Source: the human T2T-CHM13v2.0 reference genome, Homo sapiens
Assembly (NCBI RefSeq): GCF_009914755.1
Contig: NC_060928.1
Direction: 5' to 3' (one strand)
Length of the DNA stretch: 64,000 bases
In this document: positions 29,701-43,747 of the stretch, one piece after another
Layout of the letters: each line of letters opens with the position of its first letter
How positions within the stretch are numbered: position 1 is the first letter of the stretch
Made by a program: the position numbers and the translations under genes
The notes under the pieces: generated by a model
What the model saw: only the letters and a program-made list of their open reading frames with translations
What the model was told of the DNA's origin: nothing
Databases searched by the model: none

Positions 29701-29739
29701 AAATATGACCTTCCAGTTGTCCAAACTAGAAGGAAATAG

Positions 29740-30630
29740 GCTTACCCCTAACATTTGTGGGCTCTGGAGAACAGTGCAAATGGAGGTCTATTTACCATAG
29801 CCCTAAATATCTGAAGCTTATAAATACAAATTAACAAACTGTTATATAAAAGATATACTAATTGCTTGCTTTGAAAAATACACCTTCACAATAGAAAACA
29901 TGAACGTATGTGTAAAACTATGGTTTTTATATGATTGGCAGCAAAATAATGAAGATGACTCAATTTAATTATTAATTGCATATGCCTCAGTGTCTTCTTG
30001 ATAAAATAACGATGTTTGGATGAGTGATAAAATATAAATTTGTAAATTTTTATGTATATGTTTCCTAAATTTTTTTTTCTTTTCTCCATTTCAGGAGCAT
30101 CAACAATTATATGACAATGAATATTTTCCCATTTTATACTCCACTGATAGCAATTATCTAAAAGGTAAAAATTTCCATTTTATTCTAAATAAATGCATTT
30201 CAATGTTTTCATTAAAATACAAATTAAATGTAAGATATCAAAAAGTCAAAATTATTTTCAAAAACTTATTTCTATCTTAGGTTACTTAAAATATAAATAT
30301 GAATAACAGACACAAAAAGTTTAATTCAAAATTACTCATTAAACCTGAAATTCATTTATTTTTAAATACATTTACAAAAATGAAACTATTCACATTCCTT
30401 GTATTCCTCATCCATCAAATTGCTAATGTAAAGGTTGTCATTAAGCTTCACACATGTTATGTCTGAGATAACATAATACAAATTCGAGATAATATTAATA
30501 ACTATTACAAAATATCCACCAACTGCCATGTGCAATATTGTAAATATCATGCTAATGAATTCCTGAATACCTCCTGAACCACATCTTGACATACTGACAG
30601 TAAAAGATACTTAAGCCTGAGTCTGTGGCA
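29740..30630. mobile_element. hAT-Tip100 DNA transposon remnant (Zaphod/MER115-like)
   Basis: 'gtgggctctggagaacagtgcaaatggaggtcta.ttaccata..cctaaatatctgaagcttataaat...aacaaactgtta' resembles the MER115/Zaphod terminus; right edge uncertain. Confidence 0.6.
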
Positions 30631-30996
30631 TTTATGTTACCTGAGAGAAAGGATCTGGTAGATTAATTTGTTGATGCTCATAAAGCATTTCCACCGTTCA
30701 AATCCTTCCTGCACTCTGAAACATTATCAGTGCTTTCAATGCCCCCAAAGAAAACCCTTATGCAATAACAATCACTCCCCATTCCCCTGCTCCAATTCAC
30801 CCCAGCCCTAAAAACATAGTTCATTTTCTGTCCTTACAGATTTATCTATTCTGGACATTTCACATGACTAGAATTAGACAATACATGACCTTTTGTGTCT
30901 GGTTTCTTTCACTTACCATGTTTACAAGATTCCTTTATGTTGTAGCATGTACAAATCCATTTCCATTTATTGTTGAATAATATTCTATTGTATGGA

Positions 30997-31084
30997 TACA
31001 TTTATACATTCATCAGTTGATGTAAATTTTATTGTTTTCTTTACATTTATACATTCATCAGTTGATGTAAATTTTATTGTTTTC
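30997..31084. repeat. Tandem duplication, period 45 bp
   Basis: 43 identical bases tacatttatacattcatcagttgatgtaaattttattgttttc at 30997 and 31042. Confidence 0.95.
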
Positions 31085-31374
31085 ATTTCTGGCTATTATG
31101 AGTAACACTGCTATGAACACTTGTGTACAAATTTTTGTATGAATGTACAAAGGAGTAGAACTCTAGGTCATGTGGTAACTCTATGTTGAAAATTTTGAAG
31201 AGTACCAAACTGTTTTCTACAGGAATGGCACCGTTAGGCATTCTCAATAGCAATGTGTGAGGGTTACAATATCTTCACATCTCTAACACTTGTTATTGTC
31301 TTTTGTTTTTATTATAGCCATCTTTGTGTGTATGAGACAATTTTGATTAGCATTTTCCTAATGGTTAATGATGT

Positions 31375-33857
31375 TGCTATGGTTTGAATATTTTCGCCAA
31401 ACTCGTGGAAATTTAATTGCCATTATGAAGGTATTAAGAGGTGGAACTCTTAAGAGATTATTAGACTTTGAGAGCTCTGAATGGATTAATGTTAATATTG
31501 AGGGATTGGGTTTGTTATTATGAGAGTGGGTTGTTATAAAAGCAGGTTCAGCTCTCTCTTGCTCTTGCACACTCTTTTGCCTTTCAAACTTCTGCCATGG
31601 ATGATGCAGCAAGAAGGCTCTCACCACATGCTGGCGCCTGGATATTGGACTTAGTTCTTCCAGAACTGTCGAAAGTAATTTTAAAAAAGTAAATTACCCA
31701 ACCTGTAGTATTCTGTTATAGGAATACAAAATGGACAGAGACAGAAAATTGGTACCAAAGGGTGGGCGTTGCTATAACAAATACCCCAAAATGTAGAAAG
31801 GGCTTTGGAACTGGGTAACAGGTAGAGGCTGAAAGAATTTGAAGGAGCAGACTAGAAAAAGCATAGATTGCTATGAATGGAGCATTAAGAGCAATTCTGG
31901 TGAGGGCTTGGAGGAAAAGAAAGGCTTAGGAAACATTTGAAACTTTTTAAAGATCAGTTAAGTGGTCATGATGAGAATATTGGTAAAAATATGGACAGTA
32001 AAGGCCAGTCTGATGAGGTCTCAGGGAGAAATGAGGAATTGAAAACTGAATAAGGCTATCTTTATTATAAAGTCTCATAGGACTTGGTTGAATTGTTCCA
32101 TGCTTGAGGGCTTTATGGTAGATAGAATTAAGAAGTGATAAACTGGGATATCTGGCAGAAGAAATATTTAAGCAAAATATTGAAGGAGCTGCACGCATTT
32201 TGACTGCATATAGTAAGATGCAAGCAGAGAAAAATTATTTAAAGATGGAATTTATAATTAAAAGAGAAGCAGAACAGAAAGATTTGGAAAATTCACAGCC
32301 TAGCCATGTAAAGAGTAAAAAGGTGTGTTTATGACAGGAAACCAAAGGTGTGGCCAAGTGACTGTTTGCTAAAGAGATTAGCAAGGTTAGAAGAGAGCCA
32401 AGTACTACTCATAAAATAATAGAAAAATGACTCTGAAGGCATTTTAGAGATCTTGGATGCAGGTTAGAACCTCAAGGGCAAGGTTTCTAGAGAGGTCAGG
32501 TTGGACTTCAGCATTTGCTGCCCAGGGCTGGTTTGGAGATGGCTCAACCATGCCCAGGTATGGCTCATGCCACAGCTCCAAAGGCTTCAGGCTATAAACC
32601 TTGGCAGTGTCCATATGGTGCTGGCTCTAAAGACACAGAGTTCATGAGCTGTGGCACCATGACAGCCTCCACCTAGATTTCAGAGAATATTAAGGACAGC
32701 TTGGGGGCCCAGGCAGAGACTTGCCACAAAGATAGAGCCACTGCAGAAAGCCTACACTAGGACAATGCCTAGTGGAGCCCTGGAGCAGTGCCAGGGCAGC
32801 CCCCAAGACCACAGAACTGTAGCGCTATCGCCATGCAACACTTGCCTAGGAGAGCTGCATACAGAGACTCCAACCTGTGGGAGCTGCTGGGTGCACTGTG
32901 CACAAAACCATAGGGATACGGTTGCTTGAGGCCACAGGGGCCCAACTTTCAACTTAATGAGCCCAGAAGGCAGGACACAGAGTCCAAGAAAAATCATTCT
33001 GGAGTTCTGAAGTTTAATGCCGTTTTCCTTATTGGGATTTGGAACTCATTTGGGGCCTGTTATTCTTTTTTTTTTTTTGAGACAGAGTCTCGCTCTGTTG
33101 CCCAGGCTGGAGTGCAGTGGCGCAATCGCGGCTCACTGCAACCTCCGCCTCCCCAGTTCAAGCGATTCCTGTACCTCAGCCTCCTGGTTACTCCTCAAAT
33201 TGCCTATATCTTCCTTTTTCAATTGGAATGTCTGTCCTATGCCTGTCCCACCACTGTATTTACGAAAAATGTATTATACCAATTTCACAGGCTCACAGCT
33301 GAAGAGAAATCTGCCTCAGAATGAATTGTCTTGAGTTACATCCATATCTGATTTAGATGAGACTCTAGACTTTGAACTTTTAAGCTGATGTTTGAACAAG
33401 GTAAGACTTTTAGGGTTATTGGGATGTGATGAATGTATTTTTTTATGTGAGAAAGACATGAGTTTTAGAAGTCGAGGGGCAGAATGATATGACTTGAATG
33501 TCCCCTTCAAAACTTATGTTGGAATTTAATTGCCTTTGTCATAGTATTAAGTGGTGGGACCATTAGCTTCCCATTAGTCCAGGAGAGCTCTGCCCTTATC
33601 ATGGGAGTGAGTTTCTTATTTTGAGAGCAGGTTTTTATAAAAGTACGTTTGGCCCCCTCTTGTTTGCTTGCTTTCTTGCTGTCTTACTCTTCCACCTTCT
33701 GCCACGGAATGATGCAGAACAAAGGCCCTCACCAGATGCTGGTGCCATGCTCTTGGACTTCTCAGCCTCCGGAACTATTAGGCAAATACATTTCTCTTCC
33801 TTTTAAATTAGCTAGTCTGTGGCATTTTATTATAGAAACATAAAATAAGCTAAGATG
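31375..33857 (+). mobile_element. Complete MST (MSTD-like) MaLR provirus: LTR 31375-31743, internal region, LTR 33485-33857
   Basis: LTR, then 'gaaaattggtacc', internal region, purine tract 'gaggggcagaa', second LTR 'tgatatgacttgaatgtcccc'. Confidence 0.92.
33064..33186 (-). mobile_element. 5'-truncated Alu inside MST-int
   Basis: Poly-T plus gagacagagtctcgctctgttgcccagg...cctcagcctcctg; TSD-like gttattc / gttactc. Confidence 0.95.
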
Positions 33858-34109
33858 ATGATCATTTTTTTTATATGCTTATTGGCCACTTGCATATCTT
33901 CCTTGGGAAAAAGCCTATTCAGATCTTTTTCTCATTTTTAAATTGGGTTATTTATCTTTTTATTATTGAGTTCTAAGAGTTCTTTACTGGATATGAGTTC
34001 TTTCTCAGGTATATGATTTGGATATATTTTCTCCCATTTTGTGGGTTGTCTTTCACTTTCCTGATTATAATGTTTCTGGTAAAACAGTTTTTAATTTTGT
34101 TAAAGTTTA

Positions 34110-34594
34110 TATGGTGGTTAATTTTATATGTCAATTTTACTGGGTTATAGGGTGCCATTATTTGGTCAAACATTATTCTGGGTGTATCTGTGAGAATGTT
34201 TTTGGATGAGATTTATATTTGAATTTATAGACCGAGTAAAACAGATTGCCCTCCCTAATGTGGGGGGACCCTCGCTCAATCAGCTGAAGGCCAAACTAAA
34301 ACAAACTGGCTGATTCTAAGAGGGGACCCACCTCTCCTCCCTGGCTGATTGAGCAATGATGTTGGTCTTTTCCTGCCTTTGCACTTGAACTGGAACATCA
34401 GCTTTCTTGAGACTCAAGCTTGCTGGTTTTCAGACTGGAATTTATACCAATGACTCTCCTGGGTTTTCAGCTTGGGAACTGCAGATCTTGAAACTTCTCA
34501 GCTTCCATAATCATGTCGGCCAATTCACTATAATTAATCTCTTTCTACATGCATCCTGTTGGTTCTGATTCTTTGGATAACCCTGACTTATACA
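34110..34594 (+). mobile_element. MLT2 (C/D-like) solo LTR
   Basis: 'ggtggttaattttatatgtcaa...ggtcaaacattattctgggtgt...ttggttctg...aaccctgacttataca'. Confidence 0.92.
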
Positions 34595-35564
34595 ATATAA
34601 CTTATTTTTTCTTTTGTTATTTATAATTTTGGTGTCATATCTAACAGGCTTTGCATAACCCACAGTCATGAAGATTTATGCCTATATGTTCTTCTAAGTG
34701 TTTTATAATTTTAGCTCTTATATTAGGATTATGGTCCTTTTTGGACTAATTTTTGTGTATATTGTGAGAAATGATTCCAACTTTATTCTTTATATGTAGA
34801 TATCTAGTTTTACCAGCATCATTGATTCATAACACTTCTTACTGCCCATTGAATTGTCTTGGCACCCTTGTCGAAAATCAATTGACCGTAAATATGGGTA
34901 TTTATTTCTGGACTCTCTATTCTATTCCAAGAACTTATGTGTCTACTGTTATATTACCACACCGTCTTGATGACTATAGCTTTGTAGTAAGTTTGAATTT
35001 GAGAAGTGTGAGTGTTAGCATTCAATCCTCCAATGGTAAGTATGATGGTAGCTGTGTTTTTCTGTAGATGTCCTTTAAGTTGAGAAGGTTTCTCTCTATT
35101 CCTAGTTTGTGGATACTCTTTATCAAAATGTTGTTGGTTTTGTCAATGCTTTTCCTACCTCTGTGGAGATAATCTTGTCCTTTATTGTATTCATGTGGAT
35201 GGTGTAGTACGTTAATTAACTTTTGGATGTTTCGTTAACTTTGCATTCTGAGGCAAATCTTGTTTTAAAATTATGAATCAGTGCTCTTTTGACACATAAT
35301 GCTGAAATATATTAATAATGCCAGATAGCTTGTTATAACGTTGTGGAACCAATTCTATGATGCTTGGATTTTTGAGGTTTTTCAATCTGAAGACTGGATA
35401 TACCTTAATATTCCAACTGTGAATTGAGATTTACTTTCCTACTTGTGTTCCCATTTTCATTTTCTTTTACTCATGTAGCAGTGAAATTTTCAACTCATAT
35501 GAAAACATGATGAGAATTATAAGCCCCAAAGTTAAAAATAGAAATCACACAAAAGTTGGCCTAC

Positions 35565-35992
35565 TGCATTAGTTTGCTAAGGCTGCTATAGCAAAGTACC
35601 ACAAACTGAGTGGCTTAAACAAAAGAAATGTATTGTCTCACATTTCTGGAGGTCAAAAGTCTGAGATCAAGATGCTAACAGGGTAGGTTCCTTCTCAGGG
35701 TTGTGAGAAAGAATCTGTTTCATGCCTCTTCCTTATCTGCTGGTGGTTTGCAGGCTATCTTTGGTATTCTTCAGCTTACAGAAGCTTCACTCCATATCTG
35801 TCTCCAGCTTCACATGGTGTTTTCTGTGCCCAAATTCTCCTTTTTATGAGGACACCAGAGGATGTTGGATTAGAGCTCACTTTAATGACTTCATTTTAAC
35901 TTGACTGTCTCCATAAAGACTCTGTCTTCAAATAAGGCCACTTTCTGAGTTCCTCAAGGTTAGGACTTCAACATATGAATTCAACCCAAACA
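35565..35992 (-). mobile_element. MLT1C solo LTR
   Basis: 'ggctgctatagcaaagtaccacaaactgagtggcttaaac...gaatctgtttcatgcctct'. Confidence 0.92.
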
Positions 35993-37929
35993 GGTACCCT
36001 TTGAGAAGTGAATCAAATTATTTTCTGTAGCTTCCAGGTAAACCCTTGAAAGAAGCTTTAAAATAACAAACTTGAAAATGATATTTCCATATTTACAGTA
36101 TTTAATTCTTATTAATGAAATAAGGTAAAATACTAATTTTTGCATATTGGAAATTTTTTGTTTGATGCTAGAAACAGTCTGGATAAGAACTAACTGTCAC
36201 ATATTCTAACACCCATTATTCTTTATTATGGTTAGGACAGATAATTCTACGAAGAAAACGCTTAAAATAATGGAATTCTAGGGGATGTCAGGTGTATTCG
36301 CTGTGGTTTGAGTAAGTAAACTTTTGTTGTATTGGGAGAGAAAGAAAGAAAAAGGAAAGGAAAGTGAAAAGGTGGGAGAGACAGAATGAACAAGAGCAGT
36401 AGACAAAGTAGAGAAAGAAGAGAAAGAGACAGCAACTCTGATAGATTAATTCTTCACTGGTGATATGACTGTCAGAGACAAATGGTTTAGAATTACCATA
36501 GATTTTAAAGTCAGATTCAAACAAAATTCTAATAAGTCTCTGTTCTGCATGGATAATGCTTTTAAGATGATACGATTTTTTTTTTCCATTTTACGTTTTA
36601 GGGTGCTGTCAGAAGGATTCAAATCTTTTGCATCTATTTCCACAATTTACATATTCAACTATACTGACATTTACCTAAATGTTTTATCTTCTTCCTCCCA
36701 TTAAACAAATCATGTTTGAGCTTTGCAAGTAGAAATCCAAGTTTTGCAATGCAAACATAAGCTGAGTAAATACCAAATAATTATTAGACAACTTGTTTGG
36801 AAATTTAAAAAACTAGGGCAGTAACTTAATATTCCAATTATGAACAACTACATAACTGAGAGCTTTTTATTGTTCTAATAATGTGTATGTAAACTAATTA
36901 TATGGGCTAATCTTCTAAATAAGATTAATTGTGATTTATGGAACATTAATTTAAATGGTTGTCCAAAGCCTGATATTCTCGAGTCCATTTTTTAAAATAT
37001 AACTCTTTTAAGAAATGAAAATACGTTAGACTATGTAAATTTACTTAATTTAAAAATTGTAGTTAGTAGCTTCTTGAAATGACTTTGAAATAATGTATTC
37101 CCAAGCTTTGCTTTTAATAGATACATTAAAAGTTGTTTTTATCTTGTCACTCTTAAGCAATGGCATTACCTGGTCATAACAGAAATTATACATTTATTTA
37201 AAAGAAAATCTCCATTGAAAATGACATTTTCAGAGGTTCACAAAGATCAGAGAGCTAATATCAGTCTTCAGGGCTTGCACATATTAGGAATGCATAAATG
37301 GATAATTTGCAAAACAATGAGTAAATCTAGGATATATACAACATATACATTAAAAATTATAAACAAATTAAGGTTGTTTTTGAAAATATTCCTCATTCCT
37401 CACAGATTTTTAAATAGTAAAATTTGAGGCTTCAGGGCAATAACTCAGGGTAATAATAGGTTTATGAATCTTATTATATCTTTTAAGCTTACAATTTGAC
37501 TTAAATTTTTAGTGCAATAAATCTTGTAGACCATGAAATTAATTTTTCTTTCTTTTCTTTTTTTTTCTTCTTGTATGCACAGCAGAGTGTCTAGTTAGAA
37601 ATCAGTGCTTCTTGCTGGAGAATGAAAGATGAAGGAAGACATACGATATTCAATATGTATTAGCTGATTATTTTTCATCTGCATAAGAACACAATGTTGT
37701 AAATAGAGCAAGGATGCTTTTCATATATTCTGATGGACCCCAAACATTAAGTTTTAGTGCATATTTATTGTATGCTTATAATATTTTCTTTTATATAACA
37801 AGAATTAGCTACTCTAGCATTGAGATCTGAATTAGGGATTTTTTGGGGGGCTATTTTTTCCACGAGTTTGGAAATTTGTTTTGCTCTGGCATTATAAACC
37901 CAGCTTTCTGAGCTTAGATTTCCATCTCT

Positions 37930-38554
<625 letters not shown>

Positions 38555-39570
38555 GGGACACTTTATTTATATATATATACATATAAATATTTTATTTTAT
38601 ATACATATGTATGCACAGGGTCAACCGGTCTAACCTTTATTACTTGGAATCTTGGAGGAGGTGACAGAAAACATATTTAAAGAAATAATGGCTGAAATAG
38701 TCTAAATATGATGAATAGTATAACCACACAGCTACAAAAGACTCAATGACCCCCAAGAAACATAAAAACACTCCATCAACTCCCTTATACCAAGGCACAT
38801 CATATTCAAATTGCTGAAAACTAGTGGTAAAGGGAAAATCCTAAAAGCAATACAAGCATAAAAGACACAGTCTATTCAATAGAGCAAAAATAAGAGTTAT
38901 TAAAGTTTTATCATCAGCAACCATGCAAGGTAGAAGAAAATAAATTGGCATCTTTAAAGCATTGACAGAAAATTTCAAACTAGAAGTCTATATTTAATGA
39001 AAATATCCTTCAAAAGTGAAGGCAAATAAAATTATTTTTGAATAAGCAAAGCTGAAAGGATTCATTACAGACAAATCTGCACTAAAAGAAATATTAAATT
39101 ACCCATTTTTTTAGGTGAAAGAAAAAATGGTATCTGATAGAAATTAGGATCTAAACAGAGAAATAAACAGCACTGAAAGAGATAAATATGCAAGTAAACA
39201 AATACTTTTTCTAATTTTAAAATTTCTGTAAAATATAATCAACTATTTAAAGGGTAACAACATATTATGGGGTATAGAATGTATGTAGAATTATTATTTT
39301 TCTGTACATAGCACAACATTCAAAAATGTATATAGATTTTAATATATGACTAAGGTATGACAACAATAGCACAAAATGTGGAACTGGGGGAAATAGAAGT
39401 ATATCATTTTAAGAGTTTTTCACTATATGTGAGAGTAATATAGTATTATTTGAAGTTGAGTTGCAATAAACATGCTCATTTAAAACCCTATAGCAACCAT
39501 TAAAAAATAAAACAAGGAGATAGTTATTAATTAAAAAGCCTACAGTGGAGATAAAATGGAATATGAAAAC

Positions 39571-40482
39571 ATGGGAGAAAATTTTTACAATCTACCCATC
39601 TGACAAAGGTCTAATATCCAGGATTTACATGAAACTTACATATATTTAAGAGAAAAAACCCCATCAAAAAGTGGGCAAAGTATATGAACAGACACTTCTC
39701 AAAAGATGACAGTTATACGGCCAACAAACATACAAAAAAAGCTCAACATCACTGATTATCAGAGAAATGCAAATCAAAACCACAATGAGGTACCATCTCA
39801 CACCAGTTAGAATGGCAATTATTAAAAAGTGAGGAAACAATCGATGCTGGCAAGGCTGTGGAGAAATAGGAACACTTTTACACTTTTGGTGGGAATGTAA
39901 ATTAGTTCAACCATTGTGGGAGACAGTATGGTGATTCCTCAAAGATCTAGAGCCGGAAATGCTATTTGACCCAGCAATCCCATTACTAGGTACATACACA
40001 AAGGATTACAAATTATTCTACTATAAAGACACATGCACATGTATGTTTATTGCAGCACTATTTACAATAGCAAAGACGTGGAACCAATCCAAAAGCCCAT
40101 CATTGATAGACTGGATAAAGAAAATGTGGTCCATATACACCACGGAATACTATGCAGCCATAAAAAGGAAAGAGATCATGTCCTTTGCAGGGACATAGAT
40201 GAAGCTGTAAGCCATCATCCTCAGAAAACTAACACAGGAACAGAAAACCAAACACCACATGTTCTCACTCATAAGTGGGAGTTGAACATTAAGAACACAT
40301 GGACACAGAGAGGGGAACAGAATATACCAGGGCCTGTTGAGGGGGTGGAGGGTGAGGGGAGGGAACTTAGAGGACAAGTCAATAGGTACAGCAAACCATT
40401 ATGGCGCACGTATACCTATGTAACAAGCCTGCACACTCTGCACATGTATCCCGTTTTTTTTTTAGAAGCAATAAAGAAAAAA
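39571..40482 (+). mobile_element. L1PA (L1PA12-like) 3' end
   Basis: ORF2 C-terminal remnant (FDPAIPLLG...WIKKMW) and 3' UTR ending 'gtatcccgttttttttttagaagcaataaag'. Confidence 0.93.
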
Positions 40483-41268
40483 AATGTACATAATAAAAAA
40501 AGAAAATATACAAAATATCAAATGAAGTTAGGGAAAAAGGATAAAATGAGTAAAAAACAGATGAATAAAGGAAAACACAAATAAAAAAGCAGTAAATATA
40601 AACCAAACCATATGAATACTTACATTATATGTAAATCTTCAATACACTCCAACTGTAAGATATCAATTATAAGACTAGATGAAGAAAACAAGACCTGATT
40701 TTATGGTGTCTATGAGAAACTCAGTTTCCATATAAAGACATATATAAATTTAAAGGAAACAGATGAACAAAAGATATGCCACGCAAACACTAAGATTAGA
40801 AAACAGAAGCATGTATGTGAATATCACGTAAAATAGATTTCAGAACAAGGAATACTACCAGGCATGAAGAGTGACAGTTTATAACGATAATACATGGATT
40901 AACCCATCAAAAAGACATAAAAATCCTCAATGAATATATATCAATAAGGGAGCTTTAAATTTCATACAGTAATAACTATCAGAAGTGAAAAGAGAAATAG
41001 AGAAATCCACAATTATAACTGGAGGTTCCAAGGATCTACTTCTACTAGTTGATGGAGCAAGAAGGCAGAAAATCAGGAAGGATAGAGAAGACTTCAATTG
41101 TTAATTACTGTTGACCAAATTAAACTAGTGGATATCTGTGGAAGACTTCATCCAACAAAATCAAAACACAAATGTTTTTTGAATACACACAAAACAGTCA
41201 CTAAAATGCGTCATAAGCTGGTTCATAAAGCAGGTGTGAATACATCTTAAAGAACTGAAATTATACAT

Positions 41269-42052
41269 TGTAACATAATGGAAAATAAATATTTAGTCAT
41301 TGTCCTCAGTTCCTGGCACATAGCTCCTAAAATTCTTGGAATCTTTAGAATGATAAGAGTGTCTTTAGTATGTGAATGAGATGATTGGTGGTTGGGAACA
41401 TCTAGATAGCTCCAGGATGGTGGCGGGTCACCAGAAAGACCAAAGCATGATTAGAGATTTGGAACTTCGAGCTCCACACCCTGACATCAGGGAAGGGAGA
41501 TGGCTTGGAGGTTGAGTTAATCATCAATGTTCAATTATTTAACCAATCATGCCTACGTAATGAAACCTCCACAAAACCCCTGAGTGATGTGGTTTTGAGA
41601 GCATCCAGGTTGGTGAACTTATCCAGGTGCTAGGATGGTGGCATGCCCAGAGAGGGCATGGAAGCTCTGGGCCACACCCCACACCCTCTATACATTGTCC
41701 TATGCATGTCTTCCATTTTGCCCTTTCTGAGTTATATTCTTTACAATAAACTGGTAATACTAAGTGAAGTGTTTTCTTGAAGTCTGTGAGCTGTTCAAAT
41801 AAATTATCAAATCCAAAGAGGGGTTCATAGGACCCCCTGGTTTATAGCTGGCTGCTCAAAAGTATAGGAGGATCAGGATTTCAACTGGTGTCTGTAGTGG
41901 GGGCAGTCTTGTGGGGTCTGCCTTAACTCTGGGTGTATAAAGTCAGAATTGAATTAAATTGTAGGATACCTAGTTGGTGCCTAGAGAGTTGGAGAATTGG
42001 TTGGTGTGGGGCGGATATTCAGTGTCAGAAGTATTGTGAGTAAAAGAGTTCA
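41269..42052 (+). mobile_element. MER21 (C-like) solo LTR with perfect 5 bp TSD
   Basis: 'gttcctggcacatagctcctaaaa...gtcaccagaaagaccaaagcatgattagag'; TSD tacat at 41264-41268 and 42053-42057. Confidence 0.9.
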
Positions 42053-42208
42053 TACATATTATCTTCCCTTACCACACAAAATTAAATTAGAAGCCAATAA
42101 CAGAAGACATCCGGAAAATCCCCAAATATGGAAATTCAGCCCATGGGTTAAATAATAAATCACAAGAAAAATTAGAAAATTTTTTAGTGAAATGAAAAAA
42201 ATGTATTA

Positions 42209-42540
<332 letters not shown>

Positions 42541-43149
42541 TGTATATGCAAAGAAGTTAGAGTAGCCAAAAAGCATTTTGAGAAAGAACAACATTGTAGG
42601 ACTTAACATTATCCAATGTCAAGATTTACTATAGTAATCAAGGCAATGCCGTTCTAACATTAGAATGTAAAAATACATTAATCGAATAGAATAGAGAGTT
42701 CAGAAATATGTAAACACACACAGACACACACACACATAAGTTTAATCAATTTTCAATGAGGTGCCAAGGAATTAAGGGGGAGGAATAGTCTTCTCAACAA
42801 ATGGTGCTAGAATAACCAGATATCCATAAGAAAAGAAGTGAAACACAACCTTTATATCATACCATACACAAAAATTTACTTGAAATGAAACATAAAATAT
42901 AAAGTTATCAATATAAATAAAGTGAACATTTACATATAAAGCCATAAAACTAAAATCATAGGAGAAAAACTTCCTGGTCTTGGGATAGGCAAAATATTTT
43001 AGGTAGGCCACAAAAATCATGAATTACAGAAGAAAAAACACCTGGGAAATTAATTGGGCTTCATAAAAATGGAATATTTTGTTCTTTGAAAGATAACGTT
43101 AAGAAAATAAAAGGCCATGAACTGGCAGAAAATATTTCCAATGCATAGA

Positions 43150-43747
<598 letters not shown>

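Larger units (their letters stand above)
30700..35260 (-). mobile_element. L1MB-like 3' region, split by the MST provirus and MLT2 (pieces ~30700-31374, 33858-34109, 34595-35260)
   Basis: 'ctattctggacatttcacat...ccttttgtgtctggtttctttcactta', 'gaattgtcttggcacccttgtcgaaaatcaattgaccgta'. Confidence 0.9.

Noticed and set aside
36446-36643. Protein-like minus-strand ORF MEIDAKDLNPSDSTLKRK...
   Set aside because: Short, non-ATG start, no recognisable domain or splice context
40033-40584. 183 aa ORF
   Set aside because: Alternative frame of the L1PA ORF2 end and 3' UTR running into A-rich flank
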